Part shown: positions 33,399 through 43,945 of the stretch, piece by piece | Numbering within the stretch: position 1 is the stretch's first letter | Layout of the letters: the number at the start of each line of letters is the position of its first letter | Made by a program: the position numbers and the translations under genes | Source of the DNA: a virus | DNA: 64,000 nt | IMG/VR virus record: IMGVR_UViG_3300009082_000017 | Coordinates: 64,001-128,000 of that record | Direction: 5' to 3' (one strand) | The notes under the pieces: model-generated | Databases searched by the model: none | Told to the model about the DNA's origin: nothing | Seen by the model: the letters and a program-made list of their open reading frames with translations, nothing else

Positions 33399-34598
33399 TT
33401 GATTGTAAATAGAACCGAAAGACATATTATTAAAAACACCGATGCTATGTGGAAAATCATAGATCGAAAATCTTTTTTAGCTAAAAATTTGTATAACGAA
33501 GCCACATATGCCGTTAGACAGGAATTTTTCGCAACGGGAAGTTGGATTAGAGACCACGAACTAGATAAATTGTTGCAAAGTAGTGAAAATTATAAACAAT
33601 TGGGTTCGCAAGCATCACAAAAAACAATTCAACTTGTAGACAAGAACTTTAAATCATATTTTAAGGGAATTAAAGACTGGTCTAAGAAAAGCGGGAAAGG
33701 TTATTTTGGCAAACCATCTCTTCCTAATTACAAAAAGAAAGATGGACGCAGTATTGTAATAATTAAAAATATTCAGTGTAGGATACAAAATGGAGAAATT
33801 TATTTTTCTTGGAAGCCTTTACGAGAATTTACAGGTATTAAAACTAGTATATTAGGAGGATTACAACAAATTCGTTTTGTGCCCATGGGTTCAACTTATG
33901 TAATGGAAATTGTTTATCAAATTAAAGTGCCAAAAGTGAAAAATTTTACTAATAGAATTATGGGAATAGACCTAGGAGTTAATAATCTTGCAACTATTTC
34001 AAACAATATTGGTATTCAACCAATTATTGTTAAGGGTGGGGTTATTAAGTCTATGAATAGATACTATAATAAAGAGAGAAAGAATATTTCAATAGAGACA
34101 GGTATGATTTGGAACAAGAGGATGCGTTTACTAACTGACAAACATATGCGAAAGATGGACAGCTATATGCATTTAGTAAGTCGAAGGATTGTGGAATATT
34201 GCCAGAAATATGACGTGGGTACTTTGGTAATTGGCTTGACAAAAGAATGGAAAGATGGTATAAATATTGGACACGTAAATAATCAAAATTTTGTATCAAT
34301 CCCTCATGAGAAATTGATCCAACAATTGCAATATAAGTGTGAGAATGTTGGAATTAATTGTGTTGTTACAGAGGAAAAGTTTACATCAGGGACAAGTTTT
34401 TTGGATAATGAGCTTCCTACAGAGGATAATTATAATATAAAGAGAAGAGTCAAAAGAGGAGTATTTAAATCTAATGATGGTATAAAATTGAATTCTGATG
34501 TTAATGCGGCATTTCAAATTATTAAAAAAGTATTCCCAGACGCTTTCAAGCAATGGGATAGAGGTTGTGGTTTACAGCCGGTTGCGCTAGAAATCTAG
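33399..34598 (+). CDS. tnpB: IS200/IS605-family TnpB (no TnpA), paralogue of 5364-6575
   Basis: GIDLG, WKDGINIG..NNQNF, EEKFTS, NSDVNAA. Confidence 0.9.
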   Translation: MIVNRTERHIIKNTDAMWKIIDRKSFLAKNLYNEATYAVRQEFFATGSWIRDHELDKLLQSSENYKQLGSQASQKTIQLVDKNFKSYFKGIKDWSKKSGKGYFGKPSLPNYKKKDGRSIVIIKNIQCRIQNGEIYFSWKPLREFTGIKTSILGGLQQIRFVPMGSTYVMEIVYQIKVPKVKNFTNRIMGIDLGVNNLATISNNIGIQPIIVKGGVIKSMNRYYNKERKNISIETGMIWNKRMRLLTDKHMRKMDSYMHLVSRRIVEYCQKYDVGTLVIGLTKEWKDGINIGHVNNQNFVSIPHEKLIQQLQYKCENVGINCVVTEEKFTSGTSFLDNELPTEDNYNIKRRVKRGVFKSNDGIKLNSDVNAAFQIIKKVFPDAFKQWDRGCGLQPVALEI

Positions 34599-34644
34599 AC
34601 AGCAAAGGGATGATTCTATCCCATAAATTGATACTTTTATGAGG
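34558..34644 (+). ncRNA. putative omegaRNA / right end of TnpB element 2
   Basis: GGTTGT-ggttt-ACAGCC, CTAG-aaat-CTAG, GGGAT..ATCCC hairpins parallel those at 6535-6622. Confidence 0.6.
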
Positions 34645-35097
34645 CAAACAATGAACAAAGGTTACATAGCAGATCAACAAATCATGGACAAATACAACCA
34701 CCTCTTATCTTATAAAAAAGATTTAGGCGAAATATCAATACAATATCGTAGAACCAATAATGCGTTTTGTCAAAACCTTATTCATAATAATAAAAATGTT
34801 GGTAGGATTTATATCTTTGGGCTACAAGAGAAAAACAATAATATCCATGGTTATGTTGCAAGAGTTCATTTGAATCCTAAGTTTAGGGTAAATGGTTATG
34901 CAATACAAATGATGTCTGATATTATTAAACATTTTGGAAATTGTGTTTTACATATTACATCTGCTAGTCCAAACAGAATTGAAGGGCTTACGGATGATAA
35001 TAGGGAAATTTATAGAGACAAATTATATAAATTTTATGGTAGGTTTGGGTTTGTGAGAACGAGTGAAGAACATACTGGAATGATAAGGAGAATATGA
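34639..35097 (+). CDS. GNAT-fold acetyltransferase-like protein
   Basis: V.LNPKFRVNGYA and LYKFYGRFGF motifs; start possibly 34651. Confidence 0.6.
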   Translation: MRQTMNKGYIADQQIMDKYNHLLSYKKDLGEISIQYRRTNNAFCQNLIHNNKNVGRIYIFGLQEKNNNIHGYVARVHLNPKFRVNGYAIQMMSDIIKHFGNCVLHITSASPNRIEGLTDDNREIYRDKLYKFYGRFGFVRTSEEHTGMIRRI

Positions 35098-35385
35098 TGT
35101 TATTGGAAACACATTTTACTGTTTCAAAAAATTTACAAGATATGCCAGATCATATTGAAAGATTAAAAGAAAATTCAATATTAACATTAAAAGATTTACT
35201 TTTTAATTTGATCAAAGATGGTGGTAGATTTGAATTTGGTGAAGCAATTGAAAAATCACATTATAATGAATATAGTAAAGAAACTCAATATGATTTTTAT
35301 ATTACTTATGAGAATTTAGATATTCATTTGCGTCCGTTGTATAAAGAATAGTTTCCATGAAAGAGGGATTTCATGGGGAATTCGC

Positions 35386-35414
35386 TTGACAAAAATACAA
35401 TAGTGTGATAATAT
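35386..35414 (+). promoter_or_regulatory. sigma70-type promoter
   Basis: TTGACA-17 bp-TAATAT with TG extension. Confidence 0.8.
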
Positions 35415-35655
35415 TATTATATAAAAAAATAAAAAGGAGATATAAAATGAGTGGATTAACAGATATTGATGATGGAGCAGTACAATTAAATGATGGTTCA
35501 TACAGCATTAAACAAGAAGATATTGATAGGGAACATCTAAAATATTCTATTTGGAATATTTTAGATAAAGTCATTCCAATTGTTTTTCTTTTATTAGTGG
35601 TTATTGTAGGATCATTCTTTTTATCTAATTTATTTGCACACCCAAAATAAAAATA

Positions 35656-36645
35656 ATGAAAATATTATTAGTTGATGTTGATAGCAAAATACCCAATTTA
35701 GCATTAATGAAAATATCAACATATCATAAACAATTGGGCAATAATGTTGTCTTAAAGAAAATAGGATTGGATGGGTATCCAAAGAAGAAACATATTGTAG
35801 TAGATGCATTCGGGTATGATAACGTTTATGCATCTACGTTGTTTGTTGCAAATCAAAAATGTTATGAAATAAAAAATTGTAAAAATATTGAAATTGGTGG
35901 TACGGGATATGATATTGAGAAAAAACTTCCAATCATTATAGATGATCTAGATCCCGATTATTCAATTTATCCTGAAAACGATACAAGTGTAGGGTTTATA
36001 ACCAGAGGATGTGTTAGGGATTGTTATTTTTGTGTTGTCAGAAAAAAAGAAGGTTTGATATATAAGTATAGGGATATAAATCAAATTGTCAAACATAAAA
36101 AAGTTGATTTCCTAGATAATAATATATTAGCATACAATAAACATTTAGAAATTTTACAAGAATTAATAGATAAAAAAATATATTGTTGGTTTAATTCTGG
36201 ATTAGATATTAGGCTTATTAATGATAAAAATGCTGAACTATTATCTAAACTAAAATATTTAGGAGAATATACTTTTGCTTTTGATCTTATTGAAAATGAA
36301 GAAATTATAAATAAAAAATTACAAATATTGAAAAAATATATTGATAAAGATTGGAAATTAAAATTTGATTTATATGTCAATCCAAAAGATGATATTAGTG
36401 ATATTTTATTTAGAATAAATTGGTGTAGAAAAAATAAAGTTTTGCCTTATGTAATGCGAGACAAATCTTGTTGGGAAAGTGAAAATAATGAGTTCTATGT
36501 TGATTTGGCGGCTTACTGTAATCAACCAAATATTTTTAAAAAAATGAGTTGGGAAGAATTTTTAAATAAAAGACATACAAAGCAAGAGCGCATTCAATCA
36601 AGTTTAAACTTATGGAGAGAAGGAATAAAAAATGTTCAAATATGA
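35656..36645 (+). CDS. radical SAM protein
   Basis: TRGCVRDCYFC (CxxxCxxC); N-terminal PNLALMKIS..GGTG domain. Confidence 0.85.
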   Translation: MKILLVDVDSKIPNLALMKISTYHKQLGNNVVLKKIGLDGYPKKKHIVVDAFGYDNVYASTLFVANQKCYEIKNCKNIEIGGTGYDIEKKLPIIIDDLDPDYSIYPENDTSVGFITRGCVRDCYFCVVRKKEGLIYKYRDINQIVKHKKVDFLDNNILAYNKHLEILQELIDKKIYCWFNSGLDIRLINDKNAELLSKLKYLGEYTFAFDLIENEEIINKKLQILKKYIDKDWKLKFDLYVNPKDDISDILFRINWCRKNKVLPYVMRDKSCWESENNEFYVDLAAYCNQPNIFKKMSWEEFLNKRHTKQERIQSSLNLWREGIKNVQI

Positions 36646-36991
36646 TGTTTTTTTAATTTGTCCAGTTCGGAATGCTACTGAAGATCAAAAAGAAAAAATG
36701 CAACAATATATAAATGAAATAGAGAATCAAGGAAAAACTATTTATTATCCCGCCAGAGATACAGATCAAAATGACACTATTGGATTTAGGATTTGTACAG
36801 ATAATAAAAATGCTATTAAAAATTCTAAAGAAATTCATATTTTTTGGGACAAAAATAGTACTGGGAGTTTATTTGATTTGGGTATGGCGTTTGCTACTGA
36901 TAAAAAATTAAAGATTGTGAATTTAGATGATGCGCCTTTGACTGAAGGAAAAAGCTTTACAAATATGATTCGTTATTGGAGTGAACAATAA
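36632..36991 (+). CDS. nucleoside 2-deoxyribosyltransferase/TIR-like fold protein
   Basis: VFLICPV...YYPARD...STGSLFDLGMAFA. Confidence 0.6.
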   Translation: MFKYDVFLICPVRNATEDQKEKMQQYINEIENQGKTIYYPARDTDQNDTIGFRICTDNKNAIKNSKEIHIFWDKNSTGSLFDLGMAFATDKKLKIVNLDDAPLTEGKSFTNMIRYWSEQ

Positions 36992-37549
36992 TACACCATG
37001 AAACACAGATTTCATGAACAAATAAAGGAGTAAAATGTTAACAAATATTGTAGGAGACATACATAGACATATGGCATATTTCGGAACAGTTCCGAAATTA
37101 GTAATTGGCAAATTTACTTTAGAGACCATAAGAAAAGAATTTGGCAACTTAATTATTGATGCTGATTTAGATAATCAAAGAGGACAAACTATTGCCGGAT
37201 GTGAATTTGAAGAAGCCGATTTTTGGTGGGGATATTATTTGAAAAAGTTTATATCATGAAACTTGTATTTCATTAGGGAAGAAAGGATAATTTATGATAG
37301 ATGCGATTATTGCGATTGTAGTAGGATTGTTGCTTTTATATTTTGGCATATCATCAATAATATTGTTTATAAAAAATGTTAATAAAAATGATGGAATATG
37401 GATTATAGCGAGTGCATTAATTTGTTCCATTGGATTATTTTTATTTGGTGGTGGAATTTTACAAATAATAAAAATTATTTTACCATGAAACTAGAATTTC
37501 ATGGTGTATTACAAATAAGATAATATTAGTATAGTGTAAGGAGATAAAT

Positions 37550-38584
37550 TTGGGAATAAACGTACTTTCATGTTTTGATGGAATTTCTGCCGGTCAATTG
37601 GCATTACAAAGAGCAGGAATTAAAGTAGACAATTATTTTGCATCAGAAATTGACAAATATGCAATTCAAATTACACAGAAGAATTTTCCTAATACTATTC
37701 AACTAGGAAGTATTAATGATTATAAAGACTGGGATTTGCCTAAAATTGATTTGGTTATTGGCGGTAGTCCATGTCAAGGCTTTAGCAATGCAGGGAAAGG
37801 ATTAAATTTTGAAGACCCAAGAAGCAAATTGTTTTTCACATTTTCTGATATTATCAAATATTATAACCCTAAATATTTTTTGTTAGAAAATGTAAAAATG
37901 AAAAAAGAATGGCAAGATGTTATTAGTGAATATATGGGTGTTGGCCCTATTGAAATTAATTCATCTTTAGTTTCTGCTCAAAATAGAAAACGCTTATACT
38001 GGACAAATATTAATTCTGTTGAAGTCCCCTTGGATAAAAATATTTATATTGCAGATATTGCCGAAGAAGATGCAGAGCCTATCATATTACATAATTTATA
38101 TGGTGGTTTTGGAGAATCAAAACCAAGAGTTTTTACAGAAAAATCTCCAACAATAAGAACTGCAAGTGGTAGAGGTCATATTCCAAGCGTTGTTCGTAAA
38201 GATATTTATTGGAAAGACGTTCAGGAAACTGATGCCAAAGATGTTTTTTATTATACTGATAAATCATTTAATTGGATAAATAAGTCAGAAGAACGAAAAG
38301 CAAAATTTAAGATTTATGATAAAAATACTGAAGAAAAAATGCAAATGGTTGAGGCATCACATTATAAATTGTATAGTAATCAACGTTGTTTTGGCATAAG
38401 AGATAAAGGTGGAATTAGGTATATTTCAAATATTGAATGTGAAAGATTACAAACGTTTCCAGATAATTATACGGAAGGCGTATCCAAAACTCAACGATAC
38501 AAAGCAATTGGTAATTCCTGGACGGTAGATGTAATTGCTCATATTTTTTCATATTTGCCTGAAAACTGGAAAGTCACCACATAA
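37550..38584 (+). CDS. C5 cytosine DNA methyltransferase
   Basis: FDGISAG, GGSPCQGFS, LENV, QNRKR, ERLQTFP, IGNSW. Confidence 0.93.
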   Translation: MGINVLSCFDGISAGQLALQRAGIKVDNYFASEIDKYAIQITQKNFPNTIQLGSINDYKDWDLPKIDLVIGGSPCQGFSNAGKGLNFEDPRSKLFFTFSDIIKYYNPKYFLLENVKMKKEWQDVISEYMGVGPIEINSSLVSAQNRKRLYWTNINSVEVPLDKNIYIADIAEEDAEPIILHNLYGGFGESKPRVFTEKSPTIRTASGRGHIPSVVRKDIYWKDVQETDAKDVFYYTDKSFNWINKSEERKAKFKIYDKNTEEKMQMVEASHYKLYSNQRCFGIRDKGGIRYISNIECERLQTFPDNYTEGVSKTQRYKAIGNSWTVDVIAHIFSYLPENWKVTT

Positions 38585-38621
38585 AAGTGTCATTTCATTG
38601 GAAATTGATATTGATTTACTC

Positions 38622-38650
38622 TTGACAGATTTATAAAACTGTGTTATAAA
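38622..38650 (+). promoter_or_regulatory. sigma70-type promoter
   Basis: TTGACA-17 bp-TATAAA with TG extension. Confidence 0.75.
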
Positions 38651-38673
38651 TAAAAGAAAAAAGGAGATTTAAA

Positions 38674-39189
38674 ATGGCCTATAGTAATCCTAATAATATT
38701 ATTACAAAAGGAAAAGAATTGTCTCATTCATCAGAGAATAAAATTGAAGCTATTAATGCTCTTGAAAAAGCATTAAGCACATTAAATGAAACAATAAGAA
38801 GTGCTTGTGATCTTGGTATTTTCCCAAAAGTGGAAGTTAGGCAACAGATGTCCTTTTATGAATCTAATCCCGATTCTATTATGGGAATTATTCATTATCT
38901 TTCAGCAGATTCCGTATTTTTAGAATATTTAGAAATGTATGATAATGCTCAAGGTTTAGTTGGTATGGCACTTCCTCATGGCGAAACCGCAAAGCATAGA
39001 CTTTCAATATATGAAAGCTCATATAATGAAAGAAAAGAATTTTTAGAAAAATCTGAATTAGAAGATAAAAAAGATCAATTATTAAAGTTGGAAGATTGGT
39101 GGACAAATACAAAAGATACTTTTGAATCCAGAATGGAAAAAACAGAAAAAGATATTATTAAAGAGTCTTGTGTAGAAGTTACCCCATGA
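38674..39189 (+). CDS. hypothetical protein
   Basis: 171 aa; bounded by dyads 38581 and 39186. Confidence 0.7.
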   Translation: MAYSNPNNIITKGKELSHSSENKIEAINALEKALSTLNETIRSACDLGIFPKVEVRQQMSFYESNPDSIMGIIHYLSADSVFLEYLEMYDNAQGLVGMALPHGETAKHRLSIYESSYNERKEFLEKSELEDKKDQLLKLEDWWTNTKDTFESRMEKTEKDIIKESCVEVTP

Positions 39190-39235
39190 AAGATTTGTTT
39201 CATGGTATAAAAATTAGATAAGAAGGAGATTAAAC

Positions 39236-39409
39236 ATGCAAACAAAGCAAATTATTGGAATTGTTTTGGGAATTTTAATATTGTTGGGATTTTTGTCAAT
39301 CCCTATTTTTATAGCAGGATGGGTAATAGGTCTTTTATCAGATTTAATTATCATTGTAGCTTTAGGAATTATTGTTGTTGTGACGGGTTTAGCTAGTGGC
39401 GCATTGTAA
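39236..39409 (+). CDS. small membrane protein (not in ORF track)
   Basis: AAGGAG SD, MQTKQIIGIVLGIL..., 57 aa, two TM helices; bounded by dyads. Confidence 0.65.
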   Translation: MQTKQIIGIVLGILILLGFLSIPIFIAGWVIGLLSDLIIIVALGIIVVVTGLASGAL

Positions 39410-39469
39410 TTATTTGTCACATGAAATCAATATTTTATGGTGCTAAACACCATAGAAAGGATAAATCTA

Positions 39470-40300
39470 TTGAAAGAATTACAACCGGCAATCAAATGGT
39501 CAGGAAGTAAACGTCCTATTGCAAAAGAAATTGTAGAATCATTTCCAGATAATATTGAAACATATTATGAACCTTTTTGTGGCGGATGTTCTGTACTGTA
39601 TTATTTATTGAATAGCAATAAACTTGGTGCAAAACGATATGTTTGTTCAGATATCAATAATGATTTAATAGATTTGTGGAATACAATTAAATCTAATCCA
39701 AGTCAAGTTATTAATAATTATTCGAGAATGTGGAATGAGTTACAAGTTTTAAGTATTGCAGATCGCAGACAATATTTCTACGATGTTCGAAGTAGATTCA
39801 ATAAAGAAAAATCACCTTATGACTTTATGTTTATTATGAGAACTACAACCAATGGTATGCCTAGATATAATAAATTAGGAGAATTTAATAATTCTTTTCA
39901 TATTACAAGAGATGGTATTAATCCAAAAGAATTTACAACTACGATTGATAAATGGTCTAGTTTATTAAATAATTATGAAGTAGAATTTGTTTGTCAAGAT
40001 TATATTAATATTGTTTCAGATAGCGAAGATGTGATTTATTTAGACCCGCCTTATGCTGGGACAAAAGGAATGTATTATGGAGTAATTGATTATAATAAAT
40101 TATGGGAATGGGTGAAGATTCAAAAAGGATTTGTCGCACTAAGTTTTGATGGAAGAACCACAAGCACAGAATATTCTGATTTAGTTCCAAAGGATATTTT
40201 TAGTAATCATAAATTGATTTGTTCTGGTAATTCTTCATTCAGAAGGACTATCGGAAAATCAAGATCAGAGTATGTTTATGAAAGTTTATATACCCAATGA
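39470..40300 (+). CDS. Dam-like (D12 class) N6-adenine DNA methyltransferase
   Basis: KWSGSK, EPFCGG, SDIN, YLDPPY; probable TTG start at 39470. Confidence 0.92.
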   Translation: MKELQPAIKWSGSKRPIAKEIVESFPDNIETYYEPFCGGCSVLYYLLNSNKLGAKRYVCSDINNDLIDLWNTIKSNPSQVINNYSRMWNELQVLSIADRRQYFYDVRSRFNKEKSPYDFMFIMRTTTNGMPRYNKLGEFNNSFHITRDGINPKEFTTTIDKWSSLLNNYEVEFVCQDYINIVSDSEDVIYLDPPYAGTKGMYYGVIDYNKLWEWVKIQKGFVALSFDGRTTSTEYSDLVPKDIFSNHKLICSGNSSFRRTIGKSRSEYVYESLYTQ

Positions 40301-41167
40301 AAGAACTATTTCATGGAGAATAAACATTTGAAAACTAAAAATTTGGTATATTATTTATTTGGGGCAAATGATCTAGTTTCTTTATGGAAGTTGTTTCTTG
40401 CCACTATCTCAATAAAATATTTTTTGCCTAATAGACGATCCAAAAAAATGTTAAGAGAAAAGATAAAATATCTTAAAATATTAGAAAACATAAATAAGGA
40501 GAATAAAAATGAGTAAATATCTTGTAAATATTATGGTTCCTGTAACTTTTCAAATTAAAATTGAAGCTGAAAATGAAGATGAAGCGTGGGATATTGCAGA
40601 AAAAGAAGGCTATGATCGTATTGATTTTTCTAGTGATGCAATTGATGACGATAAGGGTGGCAGTGAAGTATATGATGTAATGCTTGATAGTGATTAACCC
40701 AATGAAAGGACTCTTTCATGGGAGAAAGGACAAATTATGAATAAAAAACAATGGTTTTTGAATATTGAAGGAAGCAAACAAAAGTGGGATATCCCAATCG
40801 AGATCAATGAAAAATATCTTTCTGACTACACATCAGATAATCTCAAAATTCATTATCAATACATCCCTATAAAATTTTCTTTATCTAAAAAATATGTATA
40901 TGGCATTGATGTTAGAGGCAAGTATAAGCAATGGGGACTCCCTGTTGAGGCTACACCTAAAGAAGTAGAAGCATGGAGAGAAGATGGTATAGAGATTAAT
41001 CGAATTATAAATTCTATCCCATCTTGGTGGGTAGATATGGGATTCTCTGTTAGGGTTTGGTGCTTTTGGCAGGATGTGTTTAATTTTAATAATCCGTTTG
41101 TAAATAAGTAATTATCACAAAACAAACTAATCGTATTATTAATTACATTATAGGAGGATTTTTTCTA

Positions 41168-41962
41168 TTGAACAAAAAAATAAAAATTTATAATTTGAAA
41201 TATTTTTTTATTACCATTTGTTTGTTAATTTTTATATTCTTTATTTTTCAAAAACAGTCTAGTGTTGTTGCGGTATTCTCAACTCCTACTTCAATCCCAT
41301 TCCCAGAAAAGACTCCTATGGTTTTTGATCATTCTGAAATAAACAATGATAATTATAAATATAATGGATATTGGGAAGGGAACTATTGGATAAAAGGAGT
41401 CCCCTCATATGAAACTCTTATGCTTAGAATGCCAATGGTTGCCGGTGGTTCGGCAGTTACTTACGATCCTTATTTAATGGAAGTCACTGCAAATAAAGCG
41501 GGATTTGATATTGAAAAATATGTTGGAACCGTCGCTGTTTCTTTTTGGTCAGAAGTGGGGCATGAAGTGTGGATATATCATCCTAATTATGGTTGGGAAG
41601 GCCCATTTTTAGTAGTAGATGTGTCTCGACAAATTGATGTTTATCGTCAAATTGTATATCAAAATCAAGTTGTTGAATTAGATTTTGAAACAGCAAAAAG
41701 ATGGGAGATGTGGGAAGTGGTTAATGGAAATAATATTTTGGTAAATGGCAGGGTTGATGGAGTTATTGTATCAAAAGTTCCACCAGAAAAAGTAAATAGG
41801 TATCCTGTTGTACAATTATCAGATTTCTTTTTAGAGAATGTGAAATATATAACTTCTTATGAAAAAACGCCAGTATATAATCCTCCTAAAAATACGGGGC
41901 TACCACTTCCTATCTGGAAAATAGGTGATTATTGGGTAATATTCCCAACAGAAAAATATTAA
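41168..41962 (+). CDS. membrane-anchored protein, possibly DPBB/RlpA-like
   Basis: N-terminal TM; GHEVWI...WEGPFLVVD...VVELDFETA. Confidence 0.55.
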   Translation: MNKKIKIYNLKYFFITICLLIFIFFIFQKQSSVVAVFSTPTSIPFPEKTPMVFDHSEINNDNYKYNGYWEGNYWIKGVPSYETLMLRMPMVAGGSAVTYDPYLMEVTANKAGFDIEKYVGTVAVSFWSEVGHEVWIYHPNYGWEGPFLVVDVSRQIDVYRQIVYQNQVVELDFETAKRWEMWEVVNGNNILVNGRVDGVIVSKVPPEKVNRYPVVQLSDFFLENVKYITSYEKTPVYNPPKNTGLPLPIWKIGDYWVIFPTEKY

Positions 41963-42136
41963 ATTGTTTATACCACTATATGTGATGGTATAAAAAGTAA
42001 CGACACACTATATGATGTATATATAATTCAACGGAAAATTGTGAATGGCATATGATTATATATCCAAGTGTAGGATAATTACTTCATGAAATATAACCTT
42101 CATGGAAACTAGTTCAAAATTGGTATCAATTTACCC

Positions 42137-42165
42137 TTGACAAAAATCAAATTATGTGATAGACT
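42137..42165 (+). promoter_or_regulatory. sigma70-type promoter
   Basis: TTGACA-17 bp-TAGACT with TG extension. Confidence 0.75.
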
Positions 42166-42909
42166 TGTATAGTCTTGGTACGCGGATATACTTTTGGAGA
42201 TGAAGGAGATGGGGTCGCGGTTGGGATTGCTGGGCGACTAACCAAAAGAAATTTAGCATAAGATAGAAGCAAAATAAAGTGTATGAATATGCTTCAAAAA
42301 ATCTTGGTGAGATTAATTATATAATAATATGTATAAGATTCCTAGAAATAAACTCACAAAATACTAGGATTAAAAAAACTTATAAAGGAGAAAAACAAAA
42401 TTGAAAGATTATAGAAAAACACATAGTAAAATTCGAATCCCCGCAAAACAAAATAATAACATTATTGTTTCACCTCTATCTACCTCCAAAGAAGAAACTT
42501 CTGTCGAAGGCTTAGAACCTAAAATCATTCCCGATAACGGCAAACGTTTTACAGTTAAATCCAATCAATGGGTTATGGAGAAGTTTCAAAACCAAGACAC
42601 TCCTACTAGAAAAATTATTGATTTAGGTAAAGATTTGACCTGGCAGGAAGCCAAGAAAATGAAGAAAGAAAATAAGAATTCGTGGATTATTTAATTCCCC
42701 ATAAAACGAATATTTCATGTGATAAGAGAGACGTAAATGTGTTTTAAAAAGAAAAATAATAAATATATGAAATGCCCATTATGTAGAGGGAAAGGTTATA
42801 CGGGAATTATAATACATGAAAAGTGTCCAAGGTGTGAAGGCGATAAAAAAGTATTAAAATCAGAAGACGAATCAAAAACTTGTGGAACTTGTGGTGGAAG
42901 ATTAGATTG

Positions 42910-43422
42910 ATGCGTTATCTCGTACATTTAAAAAATATTTTGCTTCATAAATATTATGTTTTTTTTGCTTGTTTGAAATTAAAAGTCCCTTTGTATTTAG
43001 CAATTTTTCACGATATTTCAAAATTTAAATTATCTGAATTTATTCCATATGCTAAATATTATTATAATAAAGACGGATCTCATGCCGATGTAAAAGACAA
43101 ACACGGTGAATTAGAATACACTAAAGAAGCAAACAATATTAAAGTGGCGTGGCTATATCATTCTCATACAAACAGGCATCATTGGAACTATTGGATTACT
43201 ATTAGGTCTGATGGATTAATTTATCCAAATATAATTCCCGATAAATATATAAAAGAAATGGTTGCAGATTGGATAGGTGCATCTAAAGCTTATAATCTAA
43301 ATATTAAGGTTATTGATTGGTATAATAAGGAAAAAGAAAACTTAATATTACATCAAGATACTAGAACAAAAATAGAAAAAATATTACAAATATTGGAGTA
43401 TAATGGAAATAATAGAAACTGA
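42910..43422 (+). CDS. HD-like protein (DUF5662-like), paralogue of 17517
   Basis: HKYYV, HDISK, EMVADW. Confidence 0.75.
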   Translation: MRYLVHLKNILLHKYYVFFACLKLKVPLYLAIFHDISKFKLSEFIPYAKYYYNKDGSHADVKDKHGELEYTKEANNIKVAWLYHSHTNRHHWNYWITIRSDGLIYPNIIPDKYIKEMVADWIGASKAYNLNIKVIDWYNKEKENLILHQDTRTKIEKILQILEYNGNNRN

Positions 43423-43945
43423 AATCCCAGAAGTTGTTATTTTTAATCCCATTATTTATGGAGATAATAGAGGTTTTTTTGCAGAGATATTTGTTTATAA
43501 AGAATTTGAAAATAGATGTGGGAATTATTTATTTGTTCAAGAAAATTATTCAAAATCTATTAAGAATACTTTACGTGGACTTCATTATCAATTACAAAAA
43601 GAGCAAGGCAAATTGGTATCTTGTATTAATGGTGAAATATTTGATGTGGCTGTGGATATTAGAAAAAATTCGCCCACTTATAAAAAATATGTATCTGTTT
43701 TATTATCAGATAAAAACAAAAAAATGGTTTGGATTCCACCTGGATTTGCTCACGGGTTTTTTACTTTAAGCGATATTGCCGAAATAGAATATCGTTGTAC
43801 AAATTATTATAGCAAAGAAAATGAAAGAGGTATTAGGTGGGATGATCCGAGTGTTGGAATTAATTGGCCTATACAAGATGGAGAATTGCCTATATTGTCT
43901 GAAAAAGATAGTAAATTAAATTTTATTAATAGTGAGGAGAATTGA
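43403..43945 (+). CDS. rmlC: dTDP-4-dehydrorhamnose 3,5-epimerase
   Basis: DNRGFF, LRGLHYQ, QGKLV, DVAVDIR, IPPGFAHGF, WDDP, LSEKD. Confidence 0.93.
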   Translation: MEIIETEIPEVVIFNPIIYGDNRGFFAEIFVYKEFENRCGNYLFVQENYSKSIKNTLRGLHYQLQKEQGKLVSCINGEIFDVAVDIRKNSPTYKKYVSVLLSDKNKKMVWIPPGFAHGFFTLSDIAEIEYRCTNYYSKENERGIRWDDPSVGINWPIQDGELPILSEKDSKLNFINSEEN

